Of a stretch of 64,000 bases of DNA, positions 52,704-64,000 are shown piece by piece (position 1 is the first letter of the stretch; the number at the start of each line of letters is the position of its first letter). The position numbers and the translations under genes are program-made. The notes under the pieces are model-generated. The model saw only the letters and a list, made by a program, of their open reading frames with translations. It did not search any database and was not told where the DNA came from. The stretch is from Parasitella parasitica NRRL 2501 (taxonomy: Eukaryota > Fungi > Mucoromycota), in NCBI GenBank assembly GCA_025201805.1, contig MU619283.1, forward strand, positions 148,357 to 212,356, given 5' to 3'.

Positions 52704-53053
52704 AAATTGAAATTTTAGACCTTTTGATAAATTAAGCAATTGATATTGTGCTTTAAAAACCTAACAGAGATCTGTATAAAAATTACGATAGGCTATCCGT
52801 TTTCAATAATGGTATTGCATTATGGCAATTCCTTGTCGGCTCCTTTACAAATTTAAGGATAGCAGGCGCTCCTTGGAACGAACAAAACAAGCGTTTTACA
52901 CAAATGTGGTACAAGTTGATGTTGTTTTATGCGATCCAAATGACCAATAATGAGGAAACAAGTCAGAAATGAAGAAACTGAGGTTCAATTGACTAGGAAG
53001 ATGGCTGAATGCTCGTGTCTTGCCTTCAGCCATTCTCTTTCATAAACACAAAC

Positions 53054-54607
53054 ATGAAGACACAAGTCGTCGGTACACTCTTGGCTGTATGCGCAAATCT
53101 TGCCTTGACTCAAGCTTTTTACGGCCCTAGAGACGATGTTACTGAACTCACACCACACAACTTTGGCCCCGCCATTCTGGATACAGATGTAAGTCTTTCT
53201 TGTACGCTTCACGTCATTTGTGCAAGCCTAAATAGCTGTATGTACATAGCAATTAGTCGCAGTCGAGTTCTATGCTCCCTGGTGCGGCCACTGCCAAAAG
53301 CTAGCCCCAGAGTGGAAAAAAGTTGCTACCAATCTGAAAGGCCTTGTCAATATAGGAGCCATTGATTGCGACGTAGAGGCAAATAAAGGTCTTTGCGCCA
53401 TGTATGAAATCAAAGGATTCCCTACCATCAAAGTGTTTAGTCCTGAATTGAGAAAGGACAAACGCACTGGGCAAATGACCAAGGTTCCCACAGGTAAGAT
53501 CTATTGCCGAATTCTCATACGCAGCACGCTAATTGTAAAATCGTAGATTATCAGGGACCAAGAGATGCTAAATCTATGGTCGACTATTTCCTATCCTCTC
53601 AGCCTTCAAATGTTCAGTTTGTAAAATGGAACGAAAAGGATGTCAAATCCAAGAAGAGTATCACTTTGAATAATTTTTTGCAGACCAAGGTATTTGTTAA
53701 TTGAGAGAGTTGCAACAATATCTAACAACTTTACAGAATGAAACACTCCCCAAGGCTCTCTTATTTACCAACAAACCAACAACTACACCATTATACAAAG
53801 CGTTGTCTATCGACTTTAAGGATCGCATGCTGGTTGGTGAGGTAAAGCAATCCGAAAGAAACATTGTTGGCGAATATGGCATTGAATCCTTCCCTACACT
53901 TCTCATTATTTCCCCTGAACACGGTGTTGTTAAATTTGAAGGAAAATTAAATCGCGAGAATCTCAAGACATTCATGGAAAAACACGCTTTACCTAGCGAC
54001 AATAAGAACACCCCTCCTCCTGCAACACCTGAGAAGGAACAGCCCAAGAAAAAGGTCAAAGAAGGTAAGCAAACGCATGATTTATTTCGTGAAAATGACT
54101 TTTGACATTTTCTGCCGACCAGTAATTGCTTTGAAGACCGATGAGATTTTAGAAAACAAGTGCTTAAAATCTAAAGGAAATACAGTATGCGTTATTGCTA
54201 TCACTGGCGACGAAGATAAGCAAGACACTTTAGATACACTCGACGCACTCAAAGATAAAGTTTCGCCTCAACAATCCTTGGACTTTGAATATGGTTGGAT
54301 CCATGCAGACCAATCTCATAAAATCATCAATACTTTGCAATTGTCAGCGGATTACCCGTCCATCTTTATTTTACACCCTAGCAAGCACCTCTTTAGGAAT
54401 TACGTCGGTTCTTGGAGCGAAGGAAATCTTGTTAAATGGTTAAATCAAATTGGATCTGGTCGTGTCCAAGCTTGGTCTTATACCGGTGAATTAAAACTAA
54501 GTGAAAACTCTGCTACTGAATCTTATGAAGCAGAGGAAGAGGATCCTGCTATTGACGAAAACGACTCGAAAGAATCCTCAAAAGAACCCGTTCGTGATGA
54601 ACTATAA
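53054..54607 (+). CDS. Protein disulfide isomerase family protein (Mpd1/PDIA6-like) with RDEL ER-retrieval signal
   Basis: Signal peptide, VEFYAPWCGHCQKL, IKGFPTIK, DYQGPR, further thioredoxin-like folds, acidic tail ending RDEL. Confidence 0.9.
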
Positions 54608-55074
54608 TAAAAAGATGATATATTTCTATGTTGATGCCGCTCAAGCAAAAGCAGTAATAAATGATTTACTTGTTGTTACCAATGTATATCAAAGTATTTC
54701 CAGAAACTGAGCCTGCAGGGCAATACGATCAGAAAGTAGAGTTTGACGGAAACTTGGAGAGAATATCTTAGGAAAGGCACTGCTACTAATTCAGTCAAGA
54801 AACAACTACTTTTGCGGATAAATCTTGATATATGCTTTGCCCCGTAGAAATGAAGTATATATCTGATGACCCTAACCATAGCGGTATAAAACATGGGCTT
54901 GATTTCCTCTTTATACAAAGAGGTAGGCGTTGTTGTGCATGTTTTGTAGTGAGTTGACAGCAAACATCTTCTGTCAAAGAGAATCTATCGCTCCCTTAGA
55001 TAAGTAAATCCAAAATATTGAGTCAATAATTAATTTATTAAAAAACTTGGGAGATGATGGGTATGTGGTTAAGT

Positions 55075-55512
55075 CTAGCTTTTCTCTTTTTGATCAACAA
55101 GCTGTATTTCTTTATCGACTCGTTGTTGGTAATAATCTTCTTTCAGTGTTCCTAAAATGTCCTGGCGAACGGAATTATACACGCCCGCTCTTGTTATCTC
55201 GATTTTAGTTTTCAGTGCCTAAATCATACAAGATATCTTTACTTACTTTTCTAATTCGGCTGATACTTGCTCATGAAAAAACGAAGAATCTTTCTCAACC
55301 AACCCAGGATTTCGAGCTATCATGTCTTCCATAAATAATTTAAGTTTGCTTAAAAAGATTTTCCCTTCTTCCTATGCAACTGTTCAATAGACATGTTTGT
55401 CGATAAATTGTAAAGAACATACACCGTTCTGAAATTCTGTTAACAACCTTTTTCTTAAATCATCAAAAGTGCCGTTTCGTTTTAATTGTAAAACAACTTC
55501 TTCAGGTGTCAT
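55075..55512 (-). CDS. COMPASS Shg1/BOD1-domain small protein, 3 exons
   Basis: Spliced MTPEEVVLQLKRNGTFDDLRKRLLTEFQNG|EEGKIFLSKLKLFMEDMI...ELEK|AGVYNSVRQ...KEKS*. The K..G.FD.LR motif is typical of BOD1/Shg1. Confidence 0.78.
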
Positions 55513-56120
55513 ATTTGTTTGAATACGGAGAAAATGAACGCAAAAAAAATCATTGCCGCTGTAGTAGGGGTTATTTTTAGTTGATCCAATCATTGCGCTT
55601 GCTGTATTTCATGATTTGAAAAGACTAAATACATTATCATTAGATTGGTTTGGGTTTGGCATTTAATAATGCTTTACACGTACTGATAGAGCGACGCAAT
55701 TTACCCTGAGCATTAAATAGGGCTGTCGATTCCATTTCCAAATGTTTCAATTGTTTTTTGTATTAAACTACATTTTCTTTGATCAAGATAAGAAATCCAT
55801 TTATAAGTGTAATCTTGACTAATCATTGCTTTCGAATTGCAGACCTACATGCAAAAAACATTATATAACTAATTCACACACAAAAATATTAAAAACTATT
55901 AAATACATGTCGAAAGCCTCATAAGAGTTTCAACAAGAACGTTATATATGAAGTGGTTTGAACGCTTAGTGCCTACTTTTTTTAACTGATTGAATTGATT
56001 GAACTGACAAGAGCAATCCACCAATTGGATTCTCTAAAACTCGGTTGAAATTGTTGAACAAAAAAAATTTCGTACACTGTTTCCATTTTGCTTTTTTTAT
56101 TCATTCAAGTATCAATAGAG

Positions 56121-59100
56121 ATGGCAGGGCCCTCTAATTGGCAAAATAACCAAACGCCATTTTTACCATCTCCCTTATATCCAGCACAGCAATCCACAGA
56201 ACAGCAACAAAATTTCAGACAGAATGATGTCCATGAACCCCAGCCACAAACAACAGCACCTTCGCTATTACCTCTGAGGCCTTTACAGCCTAGCCCATAT
56301 CCCTCAATGGGCTATCCCATCTATCCCCACCCTAAGAACAGGAATAGCACTCAATTCGAACAATCAGAGCAAGATAAATCAGACAATCGACGTACCCGTA
56401 TCAGCAGAGCTTGGTGAGTTGGTAGAGACGAATACCATTTTGTTTTACTAACGCTATATCGAAATCAGTGACGCATGTAGACGTAAAAAGATAAAATGTG
56501 ACACAAATGGAGCTGGAAACACTTGTAAAAACTGCAAATCATCAAAGTTGGAATGCACATATAACGACAGGTAACTATCGTTTGAATGAATTGAATGTGT
56601 ATTTACAAAAATTGAACCTCATTATCATCATCAGTGCCAAAAAACGTGGTCCTCCAAAAGGGTATGTGACACTTAGGAAAAACAGAATACATTCGTACAT
56701 TTACAATATATCGCATAGTTACATTGAAGTGCTCGAAAATCGACTAAAACGAATGGAACAGATACTTGGCAACCTGACTGACGACGAAAAATCACCCGCT
56801 ACAAAAGCTGCAAAATCAATGAAAAAGAGAAAGAATGATAATGCATCGACGGAAGCCAACAATGACCACGGTGATGATATGAGTCAAACAAAACAAGTTA
56901 CACCAGAGAGCAGTATCGCTGCCGCCGCACCTGTCGCCGAAAACAAGGTTACAATAGCCACAGCCGGCGCCGTTTCCGAAAAACCCCTGGCAGTGGAATT
57001 ATCTTCATTAAGCACAGAGATGCGAACACGTTACATAGGTGACATGAGCCCGTTGCCTTTTCTAGCTCAAAAAATTAACTTTGAAGACGCTCGTATTGCA
57101 TCGCAGATTGGAGTAAAGATCAGAAGATTTGGACAGAGCCTTGTGTTATACGAAAAAGCCGATACATCAGGAAAGAACGCAAACCAAAAGTTATTAGAGA
57201 GCCTAGGCATGTTAAAGCCTGGAGAGACGATCAAAAGCTTGAATGATTGGATATATAAAGTAGCCGGCGTCGACAAGGCCACGAGTGACAGCTTGATGAA
57301 AATGTAAGTCAATGGAGAAGGGCTTTGCGTTGAATACTGATTATTTCGAAAAAGCTACTTTGCCTACATTCATCCGGGTTTACCTGTTGTCAATAAACTG
57401 TTGTTCTTGAAACAGTATCGAGGAGAAATCGGCGAATATCCTTCCGCGCCACTGCTGAATGCTATTTTCGGTGCCGCTGTTCGTTACATTGAAACATGTA
57501 AGCTATTTGGAGACAAGGTACCGTTGGATCACGAAATCGAAACCAAGGAGGGATGGTCCGAAAAGCTTTTTGAAAACTTGTTGATTTACCTCAAAGGACG
57601 CTATAGTCCTTGCATTTCAACAGTTCAAGCAATGGTCATTGCCCAAAGCCATAGAGCAAGCTTGGATGAAAAAATGACAAGTGGATGGCTTCTTAATTCA
57701 GCGGTAATTTTTTTTATTTTTTTATTTCACACTATATATGCATGCCTGCTAACCATGCGTTGACTATAGGCAATTCGTATGGTCAGTGAGCTCTCTCTTG
57801 GTATTTAATGCTCATTTTGTGTGCTAACCATATCCTTTCAATAGGCACAGGATTTAGGTCTTCATCGCCAGAGTGAGAACTGGGATATTCCAACATCTGA
57901 AAAGGAAACAAGAAAAAGAGTGTGGTGGTCAGTGTATATCATGGATAAATGGTCTGCTGCCGCCACCGGAAGACCACAAACCATTTTTGATGAAGATTGC
58001 GATGAAACTTACCCTAACGAGAGTGCTGACTGGGAAGAAGTGATGGATGTTCCTTCCAAAGACAGCGATGACCATGGTCCAAGATACCCCTCATTAGATA
58101 AAAGTGTTGCTCAGAAAGCAAAAAATGAAAATATTCCTATTTATCAACCATTTGTACAACTTGTCAAGTTGTCTGAAATACTCGGCCGATTGCTCCAGGG
58201 CCTGTACACTCCTCTGGCAAAAAAACACAGCGAAAAGCATGGCAGTGATGCAGTGGTTACATACCTTGATAACGCTCTTTCTGAATGGCGTGCTGCTTTA
58301 CCACCTGCACTTCAGATTTCTAGCTTTAACGTCCGTAGATTAGATAGTCATGGCCGTACGCCTCTACTATCCATGTCAGGTAAAATACTACATTGTAGTG
58401 TCTAAATTAACTCTAATTGGATTCATGTTGCAGGGTTGATGTACTTGTCCTATTGCACACTACTAATACTGCTCCACCGACCTTTTATTGAGAAAGATGG
58501 CAGCCAAAAAACGAGATCATCCCAGTCATCCTTGAGTATCTGCACAAGCGCAGCTACTAGATGTGTTGATATCGCTGAAAAAATGCATTACCGCGATTTC
58601 TTACTTGTTTCCTGGAATTTTGCTATTTATCCTGTCTTTACGGCATCGCTAATTCACATTTACAACGCTACAAATCCGGACAATATTGTATCAGACATTG
58701 CAAAGACTAACCTCGCCAAGGCTTGTGCTGTTATTAAGCGTCTCTCAAAGCTATCGATAGGCGCTGCTCAACTTTATGATGTACTACGTCAACTAACAAG
58801 AATTCGTGAAATCAGCATTGACAAATCAGTCTTCGACGATGATGATGACGATCGTGCCACTCGAGATCGCTCTGCTTGTTTGGACAACAGGTGCTCTGCC
58901 CGTAAAGCGTTTAATGCGAAGCTAAAAAAGGATGCTAAAGTCTTGGAAGATAATAACAACAACAGCTTTGACAGCGCAGGGAGATCATTTGATGTTGATC
59001 GTGGAAATAACATTAGTCAGAACAGTGCCAAATCTCATCTTAATGCCAGAGCTTCGTCTACTGAAATTGCATCTCCTTCATTGACAATAGTATCAGATCC

Positions 59101-59939
59101 AGATATGCATAATAGTCCTAACTCTACTCCATCCTCTACGAATAATGGAGACTGGATAAATGGCTTGTATTCTTCGCTGCAAAATGACACAATAGACCAA
59201 GGTAAAATTCAATTTTCGGCAGTACTAATGTGAATGATGCTAACTTTCTGTTGCAGTGAATGCTCAGCAGCAGCAAATCCAACAGCAGCAACAACAACAG
59301 CAACAACAACTGGACCAAAATCAAAGACACTATCAGCAACTGCAACAACAATTGCAACAGCAGCAACAGCTATCACATGTATCAAACAACTATCAAGAAT
59401 CAAACAACTATCAAGATCCAGAGCCTTATTCTTTGAGACAATTTGGCTTGGCAACAGAATCAACGTCTGCTCCTATAAATAATAATAATCAAGCATTCAA
59501 TTTTCAGCCCTCCTACCAAGTAAATGCAAATATCAATGGCAACATGCTACCCTTCATGCCTCCTATGAATCCGTCCGATAGCTTTTTGTTTGGCTTGGCC
59601 GATAATGGATTTTCCGCACCAGTGAATTCTCAACCTACAATAACAGCCTATGAGGCAGTTCCCAATACAAATACCAACAATGTAACAATCAATACTAATA
59701 ATACTAATAATACACCAACTACAAACTCTTTTACTACTCAGTCATCACCAGCTACAACATCCAACAATCTCTTAGATCAAACTATATTTAGGAATAGACC
59801 TGATAATCCCTTCTGGGCTGTTCCTAGCAGTATTGAATTAGATGATTGGACCGCTTACTTACTCCCGCAACAATCAACATCAAACGTGCAAGTAACCTCT
59901 CAAGCATCATGGAATCCAACTGCTCAAGGTTGGATGTAA
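56121..59939 (+). CDS. Zn(II)2Cys6 fungal transcription factor with Fungal_trans middle region and a polyQ/Asn-rich tail
   Basis: Spliced RACDACRRKKIKCD......CKNC......C..KKRGPPKGY, YF..IHP..P, AIRMAQDLGLHR, RKRVWWSVYIMD, ILLHRPFI. Includes a 12-nt micro-exon 57770-57781. Confidence 0.93.
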
Positions 59940-60140
59940 TATAGACTTAAATATTTCTTGTAATTTTCATTCATGCATAAAATTGCGTATGATACGCTTA
60001 AAGTTGTTTATCCATATAAAAATTATGATGGGATGGCTTAAAAATAAAAGGGCATAAGAAATTTGCACAAAAAGAAGCATACATAGACTTCGCCAAGTAA
60101 ACTGACATCATTGAATAGGGATGTGCAGAATTTCTACGAG

Positions 60141-61225
60141 CTAAGCAACATTTGGAGAATCTCCAGCTTCAAGTTTTGCTGGGGAATTTTCGTATTGATC
60201 GTTGACTTTCTCGTTGATCTCAGGACTGTCAGCTTTACCTGCTTTACGAGCAACATAATCTCGACCCCAATGGATCAATACTTGGATGAAAAATATTACT
60301 ACACAAATGATGGCAACTGCAAAATACCAAATGGCAGCTGAAGAACCTTGCTGCCAATTTAAAAAGGGGTAAATCCAAATGCCTTGACTAATAAGTAATA
60401 ATTTCAATTAAAGTCAGAAACTGTTTCACCAATACTGAGATGTTTGTAGCACTTACACAGCATAAACAATAAAAGCAAACAGCATGTAACAAATCATTGT
60501 GACCAAGGGAAAAATAACCATGCGGACAGAAATCCTCATTCGATTCAGAAGAACATCAATGATCATCAAGAAAAAGGAAACACCGTGCACAGAAACATTC
60601 AACCACGTACCGACAGTATTTGCTGTTTAGGTTATAAGTCTATTTTGCGTATTGAGAAATAAATCATTGTATACATACTAGCTGCCATTCCCTTTGCCAA
60701 GATAGCCCAGTACACTACAGGAGTTACAATACTTGTAATTGGGTTAATTCAATTGCTACTGTTTATGCGTGTACTTTTTTTAGGGCATGAATGCTCCTTA
60801 CTTGAATGTTATAACAGTGGAGTATAAGTATACATAAAGATAATTCAAAAATGCATACTGTTCCAAGAAGAAGGAAACCTTCTTTGTATAAAGGTAGCGA
60901 AAATGATGAATTAATGAAGTCTAAATTTTTTGGTTATATCAGCACAAGTAATCGATTTGCCCGCTGTACTTACGACTTGATATGCATGCAGACCGATAAA
61001 TGTCATTGATGTGAAATAATGAAAAAATGTTCCACTTCTATTAATCCCAATATCTGTCCAAAGCACAATTGTAGAATACAACGTCAAAACTGATCGAATA
61101 ATGAAGAAAGTTTTCGATGAAACCCAGTGGGAAGTAACTGAATGCTCAGGCACAAATGCATCGAAACCAAACCATCGAACAATCGCATATTCGGATGTTT
61201 CTAAACTTTGATCTTGGTAAATCAT
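60141..61225 (-). CDS. Multi-pass membrane protein, FAR-17a/AIG1/rolling-stone-like, 5 exons
   Basis: YFTSMTF, VTPVVYWAIL, NVSVHGV..FLMIIDVLLNRM, WIYPFLNW. GT-AG introns maintain frame. Confidence 0.72.
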
Positions 61226-63100
61226 ACTTGTTGACAGGGGGAAAAGGAGAAAAGAAGATGACCAAATGGATACATCAAGAAAAAAGAAAAAGTTTTTATA
61301 TCAAATGAAGTTTGTGTAATGCCAATTCAAGCACAATGGTTTCGATTTGACTGTACTCTTTCTCTCGAGATGTTTGGCATGTTCTCCGAGAACAATGGCA
61401 CATTCAGATACAACAGATTTAAAAGCAAGCCCAAACTCTGCTTTTTATAATACAAATATGTAGGGTGTGGCCTAACAATGGATTCTAAGCTAGATTTGCG
61501 TATATGCCATGGAAAAAATTACTGTTTTTGAAAAATTGTGCGCGAATGGGTATATATGCCCGTTCTCATGATACAGACATGTAAAGCTGTGCTTCATTCA
61601 ATTTCCAACTTTGCTCAAATGAGATTTATTGTGGGCTTCTTGATTTCAAATAAATGTTGTTTATTTCTGATCATGTTATTAGTACGCCTCTCTCAGTACC
61701 ATTTCATTATTCGGGTTCTATAGCACGTGGTTTGGAGACCATTTTTTTTACATCGGATCATGGTATATTTTTGGCTTTTTCTTTTTCCCTCTTGACTTAG
61801 GCGAGCTGGTCTGGCTATGCTGTTATTTGAACTATTATACTGACTATTTTATTTTTTATTCTTAATAAAATGTCTCATTCAACCATAAAATAAAGAGCAT
61901 TTGTCATATCAGAGGCTACATATACCAAGGTCTCAATCTACATTGATGTCTGGATACACCATAGGTGATGATTGATTTACACTCTACAAGCCTATATAGT
62001 GGACTTCTTAATTTTGTTTTTAATTGTTAATACTGTTTATTATACATAATGTACCGTAATGGTAATTTGCATGATGTCTATTAAGCATTGGTGGCATATT
62101 AAATTATCATTATCATAGAGCAGTCTAGTAGCCCTTACCTTGATCAACGTGCTTTCCTTATTGCATCTGGTGGAATTTGTATGCTTTGCTATATTTTGAC
62201 AATGCTAAAGTAGTTGAGGCTTGATAGCTTTATTCAAATATTTATTTTTTGAATGATATAGGGAAAGGAATTATGTTCTAATATTTAAACTTTAAGAGAT
62301 TTATTCAATATTCTCTTACAGTCATGTAGGATATATACACAGGGAACCTGGGGGAGGGTTCCATCCCTCAAGAGTACAGAATTTGATGACCTCATAGAAC
62401 ATATACTTATCACATTAAGCTACTTGGTTTTTACCTTAACAAAGAGTAGAGCATTTACACAGTTTACAATCACAATCAAATATTCGGCATTATATTAGTT
62501 TATAATTAGATTGAGTGATTCAGCTTTCGGTTAGCAAATGATCTCGCCCTCTTTCAAACATCTTCCATCCAATACTTGTAAAAGCTTTAAGGCAACTAAT
62601 GCCAAACTACATATTTTTAGTTGAGTATTCAAAATTTTTAATAAGTAGACTCTGAAAAAATGCAAAACAAGCGATTGGGAAGGGGAAACAGTGATGATTT
62701 TTTCCCAACTTCTGAACTGCTATTTATGTTTTCTTTACATCTGGTTATTTCCTACTCGTAAAACTAATGCCATAATGACTAAAAACACCCCTTTTTTTTT
62801 AAAAAAAACTCACCACGCCCTATAAAACGCTTCCTCTAACTACACTTGTGTCATCTGAATTTTCCAGTTAGACTATGTTCAATTTCGAGAGTTGCAAGCT
62901 ATTTCGCACGACTTTTCATTTTGAGTTGTTCTGTTTAAGGAGGAGGGTTTTTTTGCTAAAAAATACATGGTCAACTATTTCAGTTGATTACATGTAACTT
63001 ATCGAAACTCAGCCAAATCAAAAATGACCTTGTAAGTAGTTTCTAAATCTAGAAGAAATATTTGTCTATATGCACCACATCCAAGAAGCGGGGAAAAAGA

Positions 63101-63172
63101 TGCCGGTAGCAGGAATCGAACCTGCATCATCACGGCCACAACGTGGTATACTAGCCATTATACTATACCGGC
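63101..63172 (-). tRNA. tRNA-His (GUG), intronless
   Basis: GCCGGTA/TACCGGC acceptor stem, anticodon loop TTGTGGC, T arm GCAGG-TTCGATT-CCTGC, discriminator A, downstream TTTTT Pol III terminator. One C27-A43 mismatch. Confidence 0.93.
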
Positions 63173-63607
63173 GATCTTGGATGTTACAGATGTAAGTTGT
63201 TTTTTATGGTGCTAATTGTTTACCCGCACGTGATCAGAGTCTGAGCCAATTGAAGCTACGTTCCTGAACCTGATGTTGAGTTTTGGGAACGTCTCATTTT
63301 AGATATATGTATGGAATTATGCTTCATACTTGAAATAAATCGAACTTTCTTACGTTTAAAATACTGTCATATATAATTATTTGCTATTCTATCGCTGACA
63401 CCATGGCCAACTTGTGTGATAAAATCCTAACTAGTGGTGATGCTTTAGCAACTAGGTGTCCAAAATAAGCACCAGTGATTAGATTTTACACACAAAATGT
63501 AGAACTCAATCACTCAAACATCGTAAACTTCAATTAGAACTCCCTTTTAGTTTTTCGCGAACCATTTTCCACTGACGTTATGCTCAAAAAATTGCGATCA
63601 GACGTTT

Positions 63608-63742
63608 ATTCATCACTAAACTTTAAAAACAATCACTAAAAATAGAATAAGTGATTGATTCATCACCAAGCATTTAAGAGTATCACTGTGAATAAGAAGA
63701 GTGATTAATTCGTCACCAAGAACTCAAAAAAATCACTGAAAA
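63608..63742. repeat. Degenerate tandem repeat, 50-bp period, ~2.7 copies, built from ATCAC/GTGAT motifs
   Basis: CRTCAC at 63611, 63661, 63711. WATCACT at 63631, 63681, 63731. GTGATT at 63651, 63701. Confidence 0.75.
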
Positions 63743-64000
63743 GGTAACACCACAAGGCAATAATAAAAGATGTTCTTCAGTTAATAGGAAATTTTCTTCA
63801 TATACATACTACATCACATAAAAATAACTAGTAGAATACTTGATATTTTGCACAGAATGCAATTGATCCATGTTGATACAGTTATTATTAATGTATTTTC
63901 TATAGAAGATCTAAAAAAAATACAGTGCGGTTTATAATGCAACATGTCTACATTCAATTGAAATTCATTTAAAGACATTGATCAAAGCAGATGATATCGA

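Noticed and set aside
39317-59939. Secondary-metabolite cluster (oxygenase, ACAD, FMO, transporter relic, Zn2Cys6 factor)
   Set aside because: No backbone synthase, and housekeeping genes (BI-1, kinase, PDI, Shg1) are interspersed.
63230-63292. TPP-like words CTGAG...TGAACCTGAT
   Set aside because: No P5 hairpin or GCG junction and no associated gene.
63608-63742. CRISPR array
   Set aside because: Eukaryotic context, degenerate units with no unique-spacer structure, and no cas genes.
61300-64000. Centromere
   Set aside because: AT-rich and gene-poor, but no LINE-like flanks or diagnostic motif are visible within the window.

Overview
Gene-dense, intron-rich eukaryotic DNA, almost certainly from a Mucorales fungus: the PKA regulatory subunit closely resembles Mucor pkaR1 as I recall it, and introns are short GT-AG. 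Splicing the ORF fragments by eye gives 24 intact protein-coding genes. In order they are a THI20-type ThiD-TenA fusion, SMC6, a GPI-type cell-wall protein, ALG2, LSM8 (absent from the ORF track), POL1, a universal stress protein, RPS26, an orphan secreted protein, pkaR, a Cdc12-like septin, GH38 alpha-mannosidase head-to-head with an uncharacterised serine hydrolase, a tandem-PH protein, an MpaB-like oxygenase, a BI-1/TMBIM protein, a cytochrome b5-acyl-CoA dehydrogenase fusion, an FHA-kinase, a small membrane protein, an FMO, a PDI-family protein, a Shg1/BOD1 protein, a Zn2Cys6 factor and a FAR-17a/AIG1-like membrane protein. There is also a tRNA-His, a decayed sugar-transporter pseudogene, a possible transposon relic at the left edge and five assembly gaps. 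I see no clear-cut novel multi-gene system. The best leads are (i) a structured, possibly two-state RNA element in the long RPS26 intron, (ii) 3' splice sites preceded by poly(A) rather than pyrimidines, (iii) the mannosidase/hydrolase divergent pair, (iv) an orphan secreted protein with an internal repeat, and (v) a 50-bp periodic ATCAC/GTGAT array. All exon boundaries and base-pairings were read by eye and were not computed.
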